Shown here piece by piece: positions 26,100-39,379 of a DNA stretch of 64,000 nucleotides. The DNA is from Epiperipatus broadwayi (lineage: Eukaryota > Animalia > Onychophora). Below the pieces are notes generated by a model. That model saw nothing but the letters and a program-made list of their open reading frames with translations, did no database searches and was not told the DNA's origin. Within the stretch, counting starts at the first letter, position 1; every line of letters begins with the position of its first letter. The stretch covers positions 6,820,001 to 6,884,000 of the forward strand of contig JAQFVV010000010.1 in the NCBI GenBank assembly GCA_028023455.1, written 5' to 3'. A program made the translations under genes and the position numbers.

Positions 26100-29000
26100 G
26101 TGATATTATTCTCATCAATTATTTGGTATTATTAGCTTGACTAATAACAGTACTAGCATTAGAATCAAATCAGCAACTATATTCATGAATACTGATTCTA
26201 AGTGACAGTATAACTAACTAGGATAGTCTGTCAAAGACAACAGTCAATAGAAATTTCACATACTTATGTATGAGAGTCCTACTAATGTCTTCATTTTTTA
26301 TTAAAAGCAAAGTTAATGAGTGATTTCCAAACATTATGAATTATCATAAAGATCTGACATTTGCCATTATCATGTGAGCAGCTTCTTTAAATTTTCTCTT
26401 TATACTTTTACCTATCTGTCCAATAATTTTGTCTTTTCTCAATAGAGCATATGTTTGTTGGTATGTGTGTGTATATATATATATATATATATTGTAACGG
26501 GCACATACGACGTTACATTATTTTTTTATTAGTAAACATGAAAAAAATAAAAGTTCGCCAATAAAAACTTCTTTTTTTAAGAATTAAAAAATTGGAAATT
26601 AAAAAAAATCATCTTAAACTCGTATATATATAAAATCGCACAGATAAAAAAAATTATTAAAATAAAACTTTATTAAAAATAGAAAAACTAAATCTTTCAA
26701 CAAAAAATTTAGAGATGAAAACATATCTTTAATTTTGAAAAACACATTAATTAATCATAAAATGGAAATGATTGTTTTAATTAGTCAAATGTTAACTAGC
26801 CTTGGGCATTTAAATGTGTAAGCAACGGTCAGATAGGAAAACAATAGAAACTAATGGCAAATGAAAGAAATCAATCGGGAAATCGGACCTCAACGGAAGG
26901 TTCATCATCATCGATGATGTAATGTCCATTGGATCCTTAAGTTACGTATAAAAGAAAAAATTTGAAAAAAAAAAGTGATTTGGTTTAATTAATTAGAAGA
27001 GAGATAGGACTGAGATGTGTTAAGTCGGAGGTGAAGGGATTGAAAGACGCACTTTCAATTCCTTCAGTTGTTATAAAAAAAAAAAAATGAAACATCGCTT
27101 TTCCTATATTGAGGACCACAGGATCATCGAGGGATTTTAACATTGGATTCAAAACGGCAAGCAACGGATAACTAATGGACATTTCTAAAACAGTAAGCAC
27201 GTTATGAACTTAAATGAATATTAATTTGGAAACACTAAGAACTTTAAAATATAATCTTTCTCATTATTTAATTTATAAGAAATAGAATCCTATCTGACCA
27301 ACTTAATTTATTAATTAGTTATAATTTTATTTCGTGTATTTCTTTTTGGTAAGATCATTTCCATTTATTTTTTTTTGTTCTTTAAGTTTTATTTATGATT
27401 TTTGTTTTGCGATAAATTAAATTATATAAATGTTAAACTTAAGTCAGGCGTGAATGGCTGTATAGATTTGTAAAGTTATATTAGGGGAGGGTAATCTTAG
27501 GTTATTTGTTTCGTAGTTGAATTAGGTCAATGGATTGGATATATTGGTGTAATTAGTAGATGTAGTACGAGATTCGCTACGGGCAGAATCACTTTATACG
27601 CCGCACACTTCCTTTTTGCCTACAGAATGCGATCGTAAGTCGGCAAAATGACCGCAGTCCTTTCCTATGGAGTTTTTTTTTTATTGCACTTCTTGTCAGA
27701 AAGATGTAGTATTCCTATCTGACGAGAGGCAATTTTTTTTCTTAACCTTTTGTGCTGTCGTAGTCGTATTACATTGAATACATCGATATATCAGATGGAT
27801 TGAAGTTGGTTTGACTGCGAACTTTTGGCCTAGGGTTAAACAAGGATAGAATATTTTCTTTTCAAATGCAAATCTATGTAGTCTATTCATACTCGACACT
27901 CTAAATAAAAATGCATTAAATTTAAGTTGGGTATAGACGCTTGCATGGGTTCGTTACCGGTTAATTATGTTTTTGGTTTTCATATTTGATCAAAATATAT
28001 AGACATTTTGGTAAATAATGATACCTTACGGTGAGTATCTAAAATGTATTTATTCGGATGTCTTTTAAGTTATTGGTGCCAATGCGGCATCTTACAATGA
28101 ATGCTATTGGGTTTCTTATAAATTTCCCTCTGCAATTCCACCAATGATTTTATATTTTGATCGTTTATGTTTATTTTGAAATGTTTTTGACCGTGTAATC
28201 AATGTAACCAATTTATACTCAACATTTATAAAACAAACTTTTATAAATCCATCTGTGCGAACTTAAAATAGTATAAAAATTAAAAATGTAAATTAAAATC
28301 TAAAATAAAAGTTAAAAATAATGTTAAATGTTAAAGTAAGCAGTGGCTTATTTTATTCTTTTTTTACAATATTCTTAGATAAGAATTTATTATAAAATAT
28401 AAATCTCTGCTATTCCACTGAGCTAGTGACAATGGGCTAACGACCGGAATCAACCAATATAATTTTTTTTTTTAACTTACGTATCTGCCTACTATATAAA
28501 TTTTTCTAGGTTCAATGCCTAGATGGCACCCTTGTAGTGCAGTTTACGTTAAGTTGCTCATCCGGATCGTTATAATATATATATATAGTCTCCTTGCTTA
28601 GATACATCTGTTTTTTTCTTGCCCTTTTAATTGCTTCTCAATGGAGTGACTGGTTCATGAATATACATACTTCCCTATTCATTTGGTATTTTATAAATGC
28701 ACTTTTTGTTTTTCAGCATTTCAAGTTTAAATTTTATAGAAGTTAGGATTGTACTGTAGTTTTGAAAAGCTATTCTGATATTTCCTGAATATATGGATAC
28801 TCTTAAAATATTTTCATTTCTTGTCTACTTAAAGTTTTCTTATATGATAGCTGATAGATAACCATTCTTCATGAGAGTTTATTTTATATAAAATTGTTCA
28901 GGGTGTCTAAACAACCTTTTTTGCTCTGTTTCATATTTACAGCATAACAGACATTTTGTATTTCCATCATAATTATGTATATGCTAAGTATCTTCCTGTG

Positions 29001-30000
29001 TGTGTGGTTTTTTGCAAACTCTAATTTTGATTTTGCCATGCGAGAAACCTTATCGCAAGAATATGTAAAATTACCAATTTTTGTTCTTGTTCTGATTATA
29101 TTGTATGTCCAGAATGGCCATACAACAAATGTACAATTAACATAGCAAAATCAGATTTGAGGTTGAGATGGAATAGCATTTATAGTTGTGGTTTCAAATT
29201 CTACCATGGGAAATATTGCAAATCAAACAGGTGCTAGTGGTTAACTCATACCCAATCTTTGATTTTGTTGGAAGAATTCTTTGTTATAGTGAAATTATAT
29301 TATTATTACTCACAATGTTATGAATTACATTATACTTATGTATTTTTTTCTTTACAATAAACAATATTTCATTATCACAATATACTTGTGCATAAAGCTT
29401 ACCAATATGTCAGTCCTTTCTATTTTTCTATTCTTTATTAATTCCAAAATTCCAGGCAATGCCAAAGGACTAAAAATTTTGAAAAGCACTCTTGCCAAGT
29501 TTTGACAAAATATATTTTCAGAACTAACAATAGATCTTAATAGTATGTGGTTTTTATGGATTTTAAGTAGTCCATAAAGATGAGGGATTTTGCTGAAATA
29601 TATTTTACTTTTTTTTTTAATCAGTGAAGTATCTAATCTGTTTTCTGAGTAATGCTTGCTGCATTGTTTCTATAGCTAGTATAGGATTTTTTTTGTCAAA
29701 TTTTTGTATTGGCCTGCTATGAGGATCTCTCTTATTTTGTTATTATATTCATTACAACTATAATATTGTTTTCTGTCAGCAGGGAGAATAATTATTGATT
29801 TGTCTGGTTTGAGAGACTTAATAGATTTTTTATCATAGACAATATTTGATTTGTGTTTTTGGGATCTTTTGAGCACTCTTTGTATTCTCTAGCATAATTC
29901 TGTTGCTTCTTTTAAGTGATTCCCTCAGTTGTTGCCATTATATCTAATAATGTAATATTAGATGGTGTAATAGCAAAGTTTTTGTTCTTTTTGTAGAAAA
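26100..30000 (-). mobile_element. Decayed Penelope-like element (RT + GIY-YIG), interrupted by the element at 26493-28574; boundaries approximate
   Basis: SLKPDKSIIILPAD (ORF 29676..29876), YGLLKIHK, YVNCTFVVWP (YVDD-like) and CIYKI (GIY-like) on the minus strand; the GIY-YIG tail KEAAHMIMA resumes at 26300-26460. Confidence 0.75.
26493..28574 (+). mobile_element. ~2.1-kb solo-LTR-like element, copy 1 (strand is relative to copy 2)
   Basis: Termini tgtaacg...cgttata; ATAT on both flanks; homologous in reverse to 44989-47033; no convincing ORF. Confidence 0.7.
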
Positions 30001-30187
30001 GACATTTTAGAATCTGTTAGATGTTCAGAACTAAGATTATAACAAATGAAACTGATGGGTTGTTCAGTACAATTATAATATTTCTTATGTCCATGTAGGT
30101 TTATAAATTTTCTATATTACCAATAAAATAGAAGGTTTGACACTTGAAAAATTATTCACCATTTGTTCGTTCACTTAACAGTGCATC

Positions 30188-30286
30188 ATTTGTTAATCAA
30201 ATAATTTTCTCAACTCTCTGGAAATGCAAGACCTTTTATTTGTTAATCAAATAATTTTCTCAACTCTCTGGAAATGCAAGACCTTT
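30188..30286. repeat. Near-perfect 2-copy tandem duplication, period 50 bp
   Basis: tgttaatcaaataattttctcaactctctggaaatgcaagaccttt at 30191 and 30241. Confidence 0.95.
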
Positions 30287-30479
30287 AGGAGCTATTCTTC
30301 AGATTAACATTTAGGATTGAAAAGTTATTTGAGTTTCTACTTTGTCAAGTTTAAGACATAATTTTTTATAATTCTAAAGTTTAATGTAGTATCAGATGCA
30401 CTGAGTACTTAGTTGGTAATGATGCTATTCTAGTTGTAATTAAAAAAATACATTCAATTATAGTACACAGATTAGTATA

Positions 30480-33400
30480 TGACATAATTCTCATCTCTCA
30501 TTCAGATGTTACTGGTGTGACTAGTGGCAGTACTTGTATGGGAATTGAACCAGAAATCTTTAGATTTGTGAATATTGAATTTAAAGTAATCAGTAGAAAT
30601 TTTATATACTTATTTACGAGGGTCCTTCCGATTTCTTCATTTTTTCTTTAAGGACAAAGTTAAAAAATGATTTCCAAAGAATTATGAATTATCACACTGA
30701 GTTGATTTATAGTAAAATATATTTGCTATCATCATGAAAGCAGCTTCTTTAAAGTGAGGATCTATTAAGAGCAAAATAAATGTTCAATACTTTTTCAACA
30801 ATTAAATTTTTGCATTCCATTGGTAATATAAAATATTTGCTACAAAATAAATTTATTTAACTCAGTGATAAAGACTCCACAAGAGTTTTTCAATCAGTAA
30901 GAAAATTATAATTACATAGAAATGGAAAAAAATGTTAAAATAAGAAACTTGTAAGACTACGTGAATAAATTAAATGTTATGTTATACTGTACCACACAAT
31001 CTACCAGTTTCAATTTAAAATCTTAGTTCTAAATATCTAATAGATTCTAAAATGTTTATTCTGGAAAAAAAAAACTTTGCCATCACACCACCTAATATCA
31101 CTTTAATTAATACAATAGTAGCAACTAAAGAAATCAGTCAAAAGAAACAGCAGAATTATGCTAGAGAATAAAAAGAGCACTTGAAAGATATCAAAAACTT
31201 AAATTAAACATTTCCAATGATGATAGGAAAGTTATTAAATCTCTTAAGCTAGACAAATCCATAATTATTCTCCCTACTGACAAAGACAAGGCTACAGCTG
31301 TAATGGATACTACTGTTTATTAAAACAAAATAAAAGAACTCCTCACAGCAGATCAATACAAAAACGTCACAAAAAAATCCTATCTAGCTACAGAAATAAT
31401 GCAACAAACATTATTCAGAAAACAGAGCAGGTGTTCCATTGATTCATTGAGAAAAAAGGTAAATTAGCATCCTATTTCATCAAAATCTCCCATACTTTAT
31501 TGTCTACCAAAAATCCATAAAGATCACATTCTATCAAAAACTACTGAAAATATATCTTGTCAAAACTTGACAAGATTTCTTCTCAAGGTTTTTTATCTTC
31601 GGATATTGTCAGAAATTCTAAGTACTTTGTGGAATTCATAAAAAAACATAAAAATAGAAAGAACTGATATAATAATAATAGTAATGGAAAACTATTCAGG
31701 AAAGTTTAAAATTTTAATAAAAATAATATCTAAGCATCGCTTTCAATGAAGTCGGTCATAATCATAGAACAACAATAAAATATGTAAATAAAAATAAATA
31801 TATACATTAAAATTAAATATGCCATTTACATGATAATGCAATGCATGAGTCTTTCTTGTTTATTGCATTGATATTATTTGCTATAAACCATGTCTCTTTA
31901 TATTTTCTTTTTTAGTACAAACAACATCAATATTAATAGGATCAAAATTATATCCAGATTTAATTTCATGTTCTAAAAATACAGATTTAACAATAGAGAC
32001 TGTTTTAGCACATTTATATGTTGTGCTAATCTTGTAGCACAAATGGCATGAGATTCTCCAAAATAAATTGCATTGCATTTTGGTTAATTATATTAAATTT
32101 TATAAAGTATTTGTAGAAATTGGTTTGGAGATAATTTATCTTTAATATTGCTTAAAATTTGATTAAGATTAGGTGTTCTAAAACTGATAATATAATCGTT
32201 TGAACATAAATATTTATATGAACATGCTAAAACAGACACTAATGTTAAATCTATACTTTTGGAACACCAAATTAAATCTGGATCATAATATCGATCCTAT
32301 TAATATTGATGTTGTTTGTAATGAATGATCAAAAAATAAAATATAAAGAGGCATGGATTATAGCAACTATCAACGCAATAAACAAGAAAGACTCGTGCAT
32401 TGTATTATACGTAAATGGGATATTTAATTTTAATGTATATATTTATTTATATATTTTATTGTAGTTCCATGATTATGATTGATATGGTTGAAAGTAATGC
32501 TTAGATATTATTTTTATTAAAATTTTAAACATTCCTGAATAGTTTTCAATTACTATTATTATTATATCAAATTAAGGAAAGCAAATATTTTATTAAAGAA
32601 CTGATATATTAAAAACCTTTGATGTGAAAAAAAAAAAAAGATAATTATAATTTACAAACCAGAACAATTCCATACTATAGTGGAAATCATAACAAATTTG
32701 TGCAATGACAACATAATTTCAATACAACACAGAAGTTAAACCATCAAACATCACATGATCACCATCTCTATACTAGCACATAATTTGTTTACAACACAGA
32801 AGTGTAACAAAATCAAAGAATGGCTATGAATTTTCCAATGTCATCTCTCATTAGCAACATTTACATAGAAGAACTTGAAATCACAAACATATATACTATT
32901 CACCTCTACCTAAAAGTCTTGCTTGCTATATCGATGATATATTTGTTGTATGGCCATACGATGAAGCACTATTACAAATATTTTGGACACACATCAATAA
33001 TATATCCCTTCAATAGAATTAGAATAGGAACAAAAATTGACATTTGACATTTTTACATATTCTTGTGACAATGTTCTCTTGTGGCAAAATCAAAACTACA
33101 ATTTAAAAAACACACACAGGAAAATACTCAGCATATGCATCCAATTATGATAAAAACATAAAACAGAGCAAAAACGTTTGTTCAGAAACCTAAAGTTTGG
33201 AAAATGAAAAGACCTGCACAGAATAAATTCCCATGAAGAATGGATATCCATCAGCTGTCATCAAGAAAACTTTAAATAAACAACAAAAAAAAATATCCGT
33301 AATCAATGTAATAGCAAAATAGCTTTTGAAAACCATAACATATTATAAAGAATCTTAATCTTTATAAAACACAAATTTAAAATGCTAAAAAACAAAAATT

Positions 33401-33900
33401 GCATCTATAAAATACCATATGAATATGGAAGGATATTCAAGAAACCAGATACCTCATTGAAAAGTGATTAAAAAATGAAAAAACATATGTATCTAAACTA
33501 GCGACCTTTTTATCTACCATCAAACATATGTTCTCTTGGAAAGAGATAAGAGTACTGGACAGAGAGAAAAAAGTATAAAAAAGAATTTTTTAAAGCTATT
33601 CACAAGATAATGGCAAATAACCCTATAAGTCAAGCGAATTTTGAAAACAAAATGCTTAGAAAGCATTCATTAACCTTGCCTTTGAAGAAAAAATGGAAAA
33701 TCAAAAGAATCCTCAGACAAGTATATAAAATTTCTAGTGACTTTTGCCCTTAATAGAATAGCTTAGATGGTTAGAGTGTCAATTCTCATGCTAATACAAA
33801 CTGTGATCAACATCTGAAGAAAAGAACATTATTGCTCAAAATACTGTCTTGCATACTAACCTCTGTTCTATTAATTAATGGTTAAATGTATTTGAAAAGT
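30480..33900 (+). mobile_element. Decayed Penelope-like element with an inverted 3'-end copy upstream (30480-30900); boundaries approximate
   Basis: Plus-strand LKLDKSIIILPTDKDKATAVMDT (~31245-31310), YIDDIFVVWPYD (~32925-32960) and GIY-YIG tail (~33550-33700); reverse copy of the same tail at 30620-30780. Confidence 0.7.
31672..32565. repeat. Inverted pair of PLE 3'-end (pseudo-LTR-like) sequences nested in the PLE
   Basis: ~350-bp arms (about 31672-32020 / 32215-32565) align in reverse; they encode LEHQIKSGHNIDP / KYKEAWIIA, like a GIY-YIG C-terminus. Confidence 0.75.
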
Positions 33901-34459
33901 TTAACAGTTAAATTTTTCTAAAGACATTTAACAATTAATATTTAGATAATAAAAATAGTCCAACACATAATTATAATTGCTACTCTAGATGACCATCATG
34001 CTGTAAGTTTATTTATTTATATATTAAAATTTTTAAGTTAATTCCAATGTTTTGTTTTGTTTTATGTATATATATTTAAACATTGAAATTATAATGGGAA
34101 TTTTCCACTCATTAAACTAGAATTATTCTATAATCAGCAACACCAATTAAAATCAATAATCCGAGGTAAACCATATAATCTATATATATAAAACATTAAC
34201 TCATTTATACATCTCATATAAAAACATACATAATTAAATTAGAAATAATTTAAATTATCTTAAAGATATCTATATTCATAAAACACAAGTTTGTTTTAGA
34301 TTTTATCTCTTTTTTCTTTTTACATGAACACTGAAGGCAATTATTTGGATAAAAGGAAATACTTGTAATACTAAAATTACAAATATACAATATAAATATT
34401 AATCAATGTTAAACATATAATTAAATATAGTAAGATATATTTTTAAAATTCATACTTAC

Positions 34460-34737
34460 CCACTGACTACGATCTTTCTTAAGCAGTTTTTGTAATGCTT
34501 TACTAAGTTTATTTGCTCCACGAATAACTGCATAATTGAGAGGTGTCAACCCTGCTTTATCTCCTGTATGTAATGGAGCTCCTGTTTGTGCTAAAAGAGC
34601 CAATAATTTAACATTTTCAAAAGTCCCATACTCTAAAGCACAAACTAAATGATGTATCACAGTCCATCCTTCATTATCACATAACGATAAATCTACTTTA
34701 CTAGTTTTATCAAAGTCTTCAACCACTAAATCAATAT
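34460..34737 (-). CDS. ANK-WGR PARP gene exon (DIDLVVEDFDKTSKVDLSLCDNEGWTVIHHLV...DKAGLTPLNYAVIRGANKLSKALQKLLKKDRSQW)
   Basis: Lies inside ORF 34421..34810; tttcag/gtaagt splice sites; 278 nt, phase 1/0; two ankyrin repeats. Confidence 0.92.
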
Positions 34738-35493
34738 CTGAAAATAAAAATTTAAATATAATAATCAGAAGCAAAAAAAAAAAAATTAAGCTACAAACAT
34801 TCAAAGACAATAAGGATAGATCAGTGTTATTAACTAAGTACTGTTTTTAGATATAGTTTACTCCTCTGGTTAATAAGCAGATCGTGCAGGAACACATTGT
34901 TAGAGAGCAATAAAATATAATAGAATTAATTACATATTAATATTATATAGTGTCTAAAGGTCAGCATAAAGAGAAAAAATATATAAAACAAAAATACATA
35001 AAGTTTTTGTTTAGAGAACTTGCTTGACATGTCCATCATTATCATCAATAAGCAAATTTAAAATTCAAAATGATTTATCATATGCAGATATGATTTTCCA
35101 TTGTAATAAACATTAAAATATATAATTTTAGTATTAATTTTTAAAAAAATTCTTGTACAAAATAACTACAGAATTATTTTATTATTCTTAAAAAAGAAAA
35201 GATTATATTGTGTTTTAGTTATTCACACAATACTCAAATCAAGAAATTCATAATTGAATGGTTAATCAATTGGAAGATTGTGTGACATTCAGTTCTTGTC
35301 TTCCAGTGAACTAAAGTACATAGAAGTTATTCTCTGCTTCAAAACAAATATGAATATATAATTATAAGCAGGATAAAAAATTATACTTATTTAACATGCA
35401 AAATAATTGAGTATAATAATTTTATCATGAACATTTATTAGTTTAAGAAAAGAAACTAGTATTTCAAAAATTCACTCAATAATTTTTATTAAT

Positions 35494-35746
35494 ATATATA
35501 TTGCTTATAATAACTCTTCTCATAAACACTTTAATGCAAAAAAAAATTTTTTAAAACTTCTTTATTTTCCTGATAGTTTTGACTATCCAGCAGTCTTCAT
35601 TAGAGCTTAGAGGAAATTGAGAAAACTCTGATGAAGACTGCTGACAGTCGAAACTGTCAGGAAAATAAAGAAGTTTTTTAAAAAAAAAACAATTTTTTTT
35701 TTGTATTAAAGTGTATATGAGAAGAGTTATTCTAAGCAATATATAT
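35494..35746. repeat. Foldback with ~115-bp arms and a 20-nt spacer
   Basis: 35494-35605 is the reverse complement of 35626-35746 with scattered substitutions. Confidence 0.9.
35626..35661 (+). ncRNA. Minimal type I hammerhead ribozyme-like motif
   Basis: CTGATGA-A-GACTG(ctga)CAGTC-GAAA-C-T-GTC; conserved core and perfect 5-bp stem II, but stem I is only 2 bp. Confidence 0.6.
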
Positions 35747-36921
35747 GAAGAAATGCAAAAAAAAGTAAAGGAGATGAATAAGAGTATATACTTCTAATTT
35801 TTATTAACTGCGTACATATGTTTAATAAAAATATTTATGAAATATGATTAAGAAACCTAACAACCAAAAAAAAAAAAAAAAGAATAATTTACAAATATAC
35901 AAATTTCAATACATATCTTTTTGCCTTTTTATTTAATAATTTGGTTTTGTGTGGAATAAACGAGCAATATTTTAAAAAATATTATAAATTGATGAGTAAT
36001 AAAAATAGCTCAGCAATTCATAAAAAGTTTGAGCATTGGAAATGACAGGGTTGGGCACTAATGCAAGGGTCTTGAGTGTCTGAGTCCACAACTCTTATTA
36101 TGATAACAATCCATGCATGACAATTGACAATTTAAAGCATTTAACAAGTTAAAGAGTTTTCATATATATAAAAAGGATTAACAAAATTGGTGGAAAATTA
36201 TTTTTACTAATGAAACTATCTCTTTCTTGTAAAGTTATTTATTATGCTCTTGCAATTTTATTTTTTAAATATCAGTTGAGCTTATTAAAAAAATGTTTTC
36301 CACTTTCAAATAATTAATTCATAAATAATTTTCATATAGAATATTCCTTTATTAAAATGAAAATATATACAAAATAATGCAATGGAAACCTATTTCCATC
36401 ATTAATTTAGATTTATTTCATAAATCATAAAATTTTTTGATTACATTTCTCATAAGAGAAATAAGTAATAAGTACGGCCAAAGTGAGATTAAAATAAATT
36501 AGTTTAATAATCTGCTGATTTAACTTTTGACACAGAGTGTCAACTTCTGTTTTACATTTCTCATAAGAATAAAAAAAAAAGTTCAATTTTTTAATAATTA
36601 AAATTTGTAGTTTTAAACCTACTGCAAACAATTTTTTCAATCCAGAGCTATAAGAGGTGGGAGTTTGTAATATATTATATTATTATAGAAATCAAATTAT
36701 ACCAAACTGCCACATGTAGAATTATTATATATATATATATGCAGAGTGATTGTCATTTCTTAATAATCATTTATAAGAAATGTAACATTGTTACAGCATT
36801 TTTTTTGTTTAATGTTCATAAAAATACCACTGAGCACTCTTATAAAAGGATCCATGGAGGTTTAGATTGTCACTAGGTGGGTGGGCACAAATTCAATGCT
36901 CCTCAATGATAAAGACAAATA

Positions 36922-37880
36922 CACCTGGGTCTCGTTTTACGCGATAGATAGGTTCCTCAGAAAACACGCGCAAACGAAATCGTGCAAAAACAGACGTAAC
37001 TTGCCTTGAAAAAGGGGGGATATGGACTGTGATTTTTCAAAACTCGCGTAAAGCAAAGCACCAATGTAAAATTTACTTTAAAATTCGTGCAAAAAAAAAA
37101 TAAGGAAATAAAATATGACTAATAAAAAATTTCAAATTTGAAAAAAATTGATACAAGACAAACTTTTTTTAACTATAATATTTAATTTTATTCAAAACCA
37201 TATATTTTTATGCATAATTTACAGTAATTTATATTTTTTTATACACGTTTTAATTATTATCGCTATTTGCCGGTAAACAAGTTCGTTTGCAAACTGATAA
37301 AAAAATCAGATTCTTCACAAGATGAAATACAACTAGCGCCAACGTCACTCTCAGGTTGTATTAATTAATGGTTTTCTGGTGACAACGTAATTAATCTAAC
37401 AACTAAAAATTAAATTCTTATTTTTGTCTTTAATTTTCAATTTTAATTGTGCCCACTGCTATTACTCATCTTTTAAAAATAAACTTGCGGACACTAAATG
37501 ATTAATAATTGATTAAACGTTTTTTTTTAAAAAGCAAAAACAGAATGTGATTTAAAATGCAAAATTAACACGCACAAAGTTTGAACAAATTTACATTATA
37601 AACTTGTAAAATTTAATGTGTGTATACATAAATTGTGGAAATCATGATTTTAATTTCATTATTGCATAAAATCTTACTATTATAAAGCACTGAAAATATT
37701 GAAATTACTAAGTTGAAAGTCGAATTTCAATAATGTGCTATTACTTTCAATATAACGTGAGTGCGCGAAATTTATTATTTAAAGTAATAGCGCAATATCG
37801 GAGTTCGACTTCCGGTGAAACACGAATCACGTAACTTCAAAATCGTGTTAAATAAGTCCGCATAAAAAGAGACCCAGGTA
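36922..37880. mobile_element. pogo/Tigger-like MITE, copy 2
   Basis: TA-cacctgggtctcgttttacgcg ... gcataaaaagagacccaggta-TA; aligns with copies 1 and 3. Confidence 0.88.
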
Positions 37881-38178
37881 TATACAAAAATTGGGAATTC
37901 AGATGCGGTATTAGTATCTAGGGTCTGCTGAACACTCAAGTTTACAAAAAATAACTCTCAAATAGAGAAATAGAATCAATTACTATTCCTAATGCAGACC
38001 ATTAGCTCTTACATTTCAATTTTATTATTTCTACCTATTGTCTTCAAAGAAATTACAAATGCCAATTTATTCATATATAAATATATAACAACTAACCCTA
38101 ACCATGTCATTCCCCTCAACATCTCATACAAAGATTTAATATAGTTTACAATATCGAGTAAAATAGTTTAAAACTCAC

Positions 38179-38461
38179 CATCATCTTCTTCATCTACAAC
38201 TTCGTGATGATGATTAACAAGTTCTTCTCCATCATCAATACCATTGACTTGCTCATTTGCTTCTTCTTTAATGGTTTCATCATTTGTCTGTGTCATGTCA
38301 GGATTACTATGAAGGCTTTTAGGTAAGCTCTGTTTTTGAAGAGTTATAGCATGAACAGTTCTTTTGGAACCCAAAGTTTTATTTGACTTTTTTGCTTTCT
38401 TTTTATCATCATCTTTATTATATTGGTGATTGAGCAATAATTTAACTAAATGGATATCATT
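38179..38461 (-). CDS. ANK-WGR PARP gene exon (NDIHLVKLLLNHQYNKDDDKKKAKK...EVVDEEDD), basic/acidic low-complexity insert
   Basis: Overlaps ORF 38168..38437; ttttag/gtgagt splice sites; 283 nt, phase 0/1; LVKLLL completes the preceding ankyrin repeat. Confidence 0.88.
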
Positions 38462-38573
38462 CTAAAATATAATCATTTTAAATATTAGTACTGATATATT
38501 AAAAATAATGTAAAAGCAATAATAAAATAAATTGTAAATTATCAATTCTTACAATAATATATATTTAGCATAC

Positions 38574-38841
38574 CATTCTAACTGCGTGCATTAATGGAGT
38601 TCGTCTTCGTTCATCTGGAAAATTTACATTTGCTCCATGACTCAAAAGAAATTTGGCTGTTTTAAAATCGTGATGACAAATTGCCATAATAAGAGGTGTG
38701 ACTTTGCATTGTCCTGTTGGAACTTTACACATATCTGGTCTTTCTTTATTGCAAAAACCAAAAAAACTATTATCAGGAACTGGATATGTACATAAAACAT
38801 CAAGTTTGGCCCCATTATCTAGAAGAATTTTGCACCATTTT
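38574..38841 (-). CDS. ANK-WGR PARP gene exon (KWCKILLDNGAKLDV...VTPLIMAICHHDFKTAKFLLSHGANVNFPDERRRTPLMHAVRM)
   Basis: Lies inside ORF 38565..38945; ttttag/gtatgc splice sites; 268 nt, phase 2/0; clear ankyrin repeats. Confidence 0.92.
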
Positions 38842-39379
38842 CTAAAATGAAATAATATGCATTTTAGTTCCATAATTTTACATATATACATATAAATGAT
38901 TAATAAAGTTTGAATTAATAACGAATTTATATAATTAACCATCATCTTAATAACTTCATTATAGATTTATTTTTTATTTTTAATAATAAGCAATTATCAA
39001 AACCATCATTCAGTGTCCAGTAATTACTCTATGCTTAGACAGAATTATCTGGAACCATTAAAAAAATAAAGACGATAGACAACAGAGAACATGCCAACAT
39101 ATGAAATAGATTAACAATAATATTAAACCATTTATCATAAATATATTAAAATTTATTGATAAAAATATTGCTGCATATAAAATCAAATATAAAATGGATA
39201 GGCAGTCTTATTGAGTCATCACATATACTTAAATTCGAAATTTCATTCTGTCATACTATAAACAGACAATTATGGAAATATTTAACAATGATAAAATTAA
39301 AACATATTCAAGAATTTTCTCAATAAATTTAAGTTGATGGCATTCTATTTGTAATTATACATTGGATTTTTTCCATTGC

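Noticed and set aside
35551-35739. Minus-strand ORF with an apparent cag acceptor as a candidate extra exon
   Set aside because: It lies wholly in the foldback, and exons 38179 and 34737 already join in phase 1.
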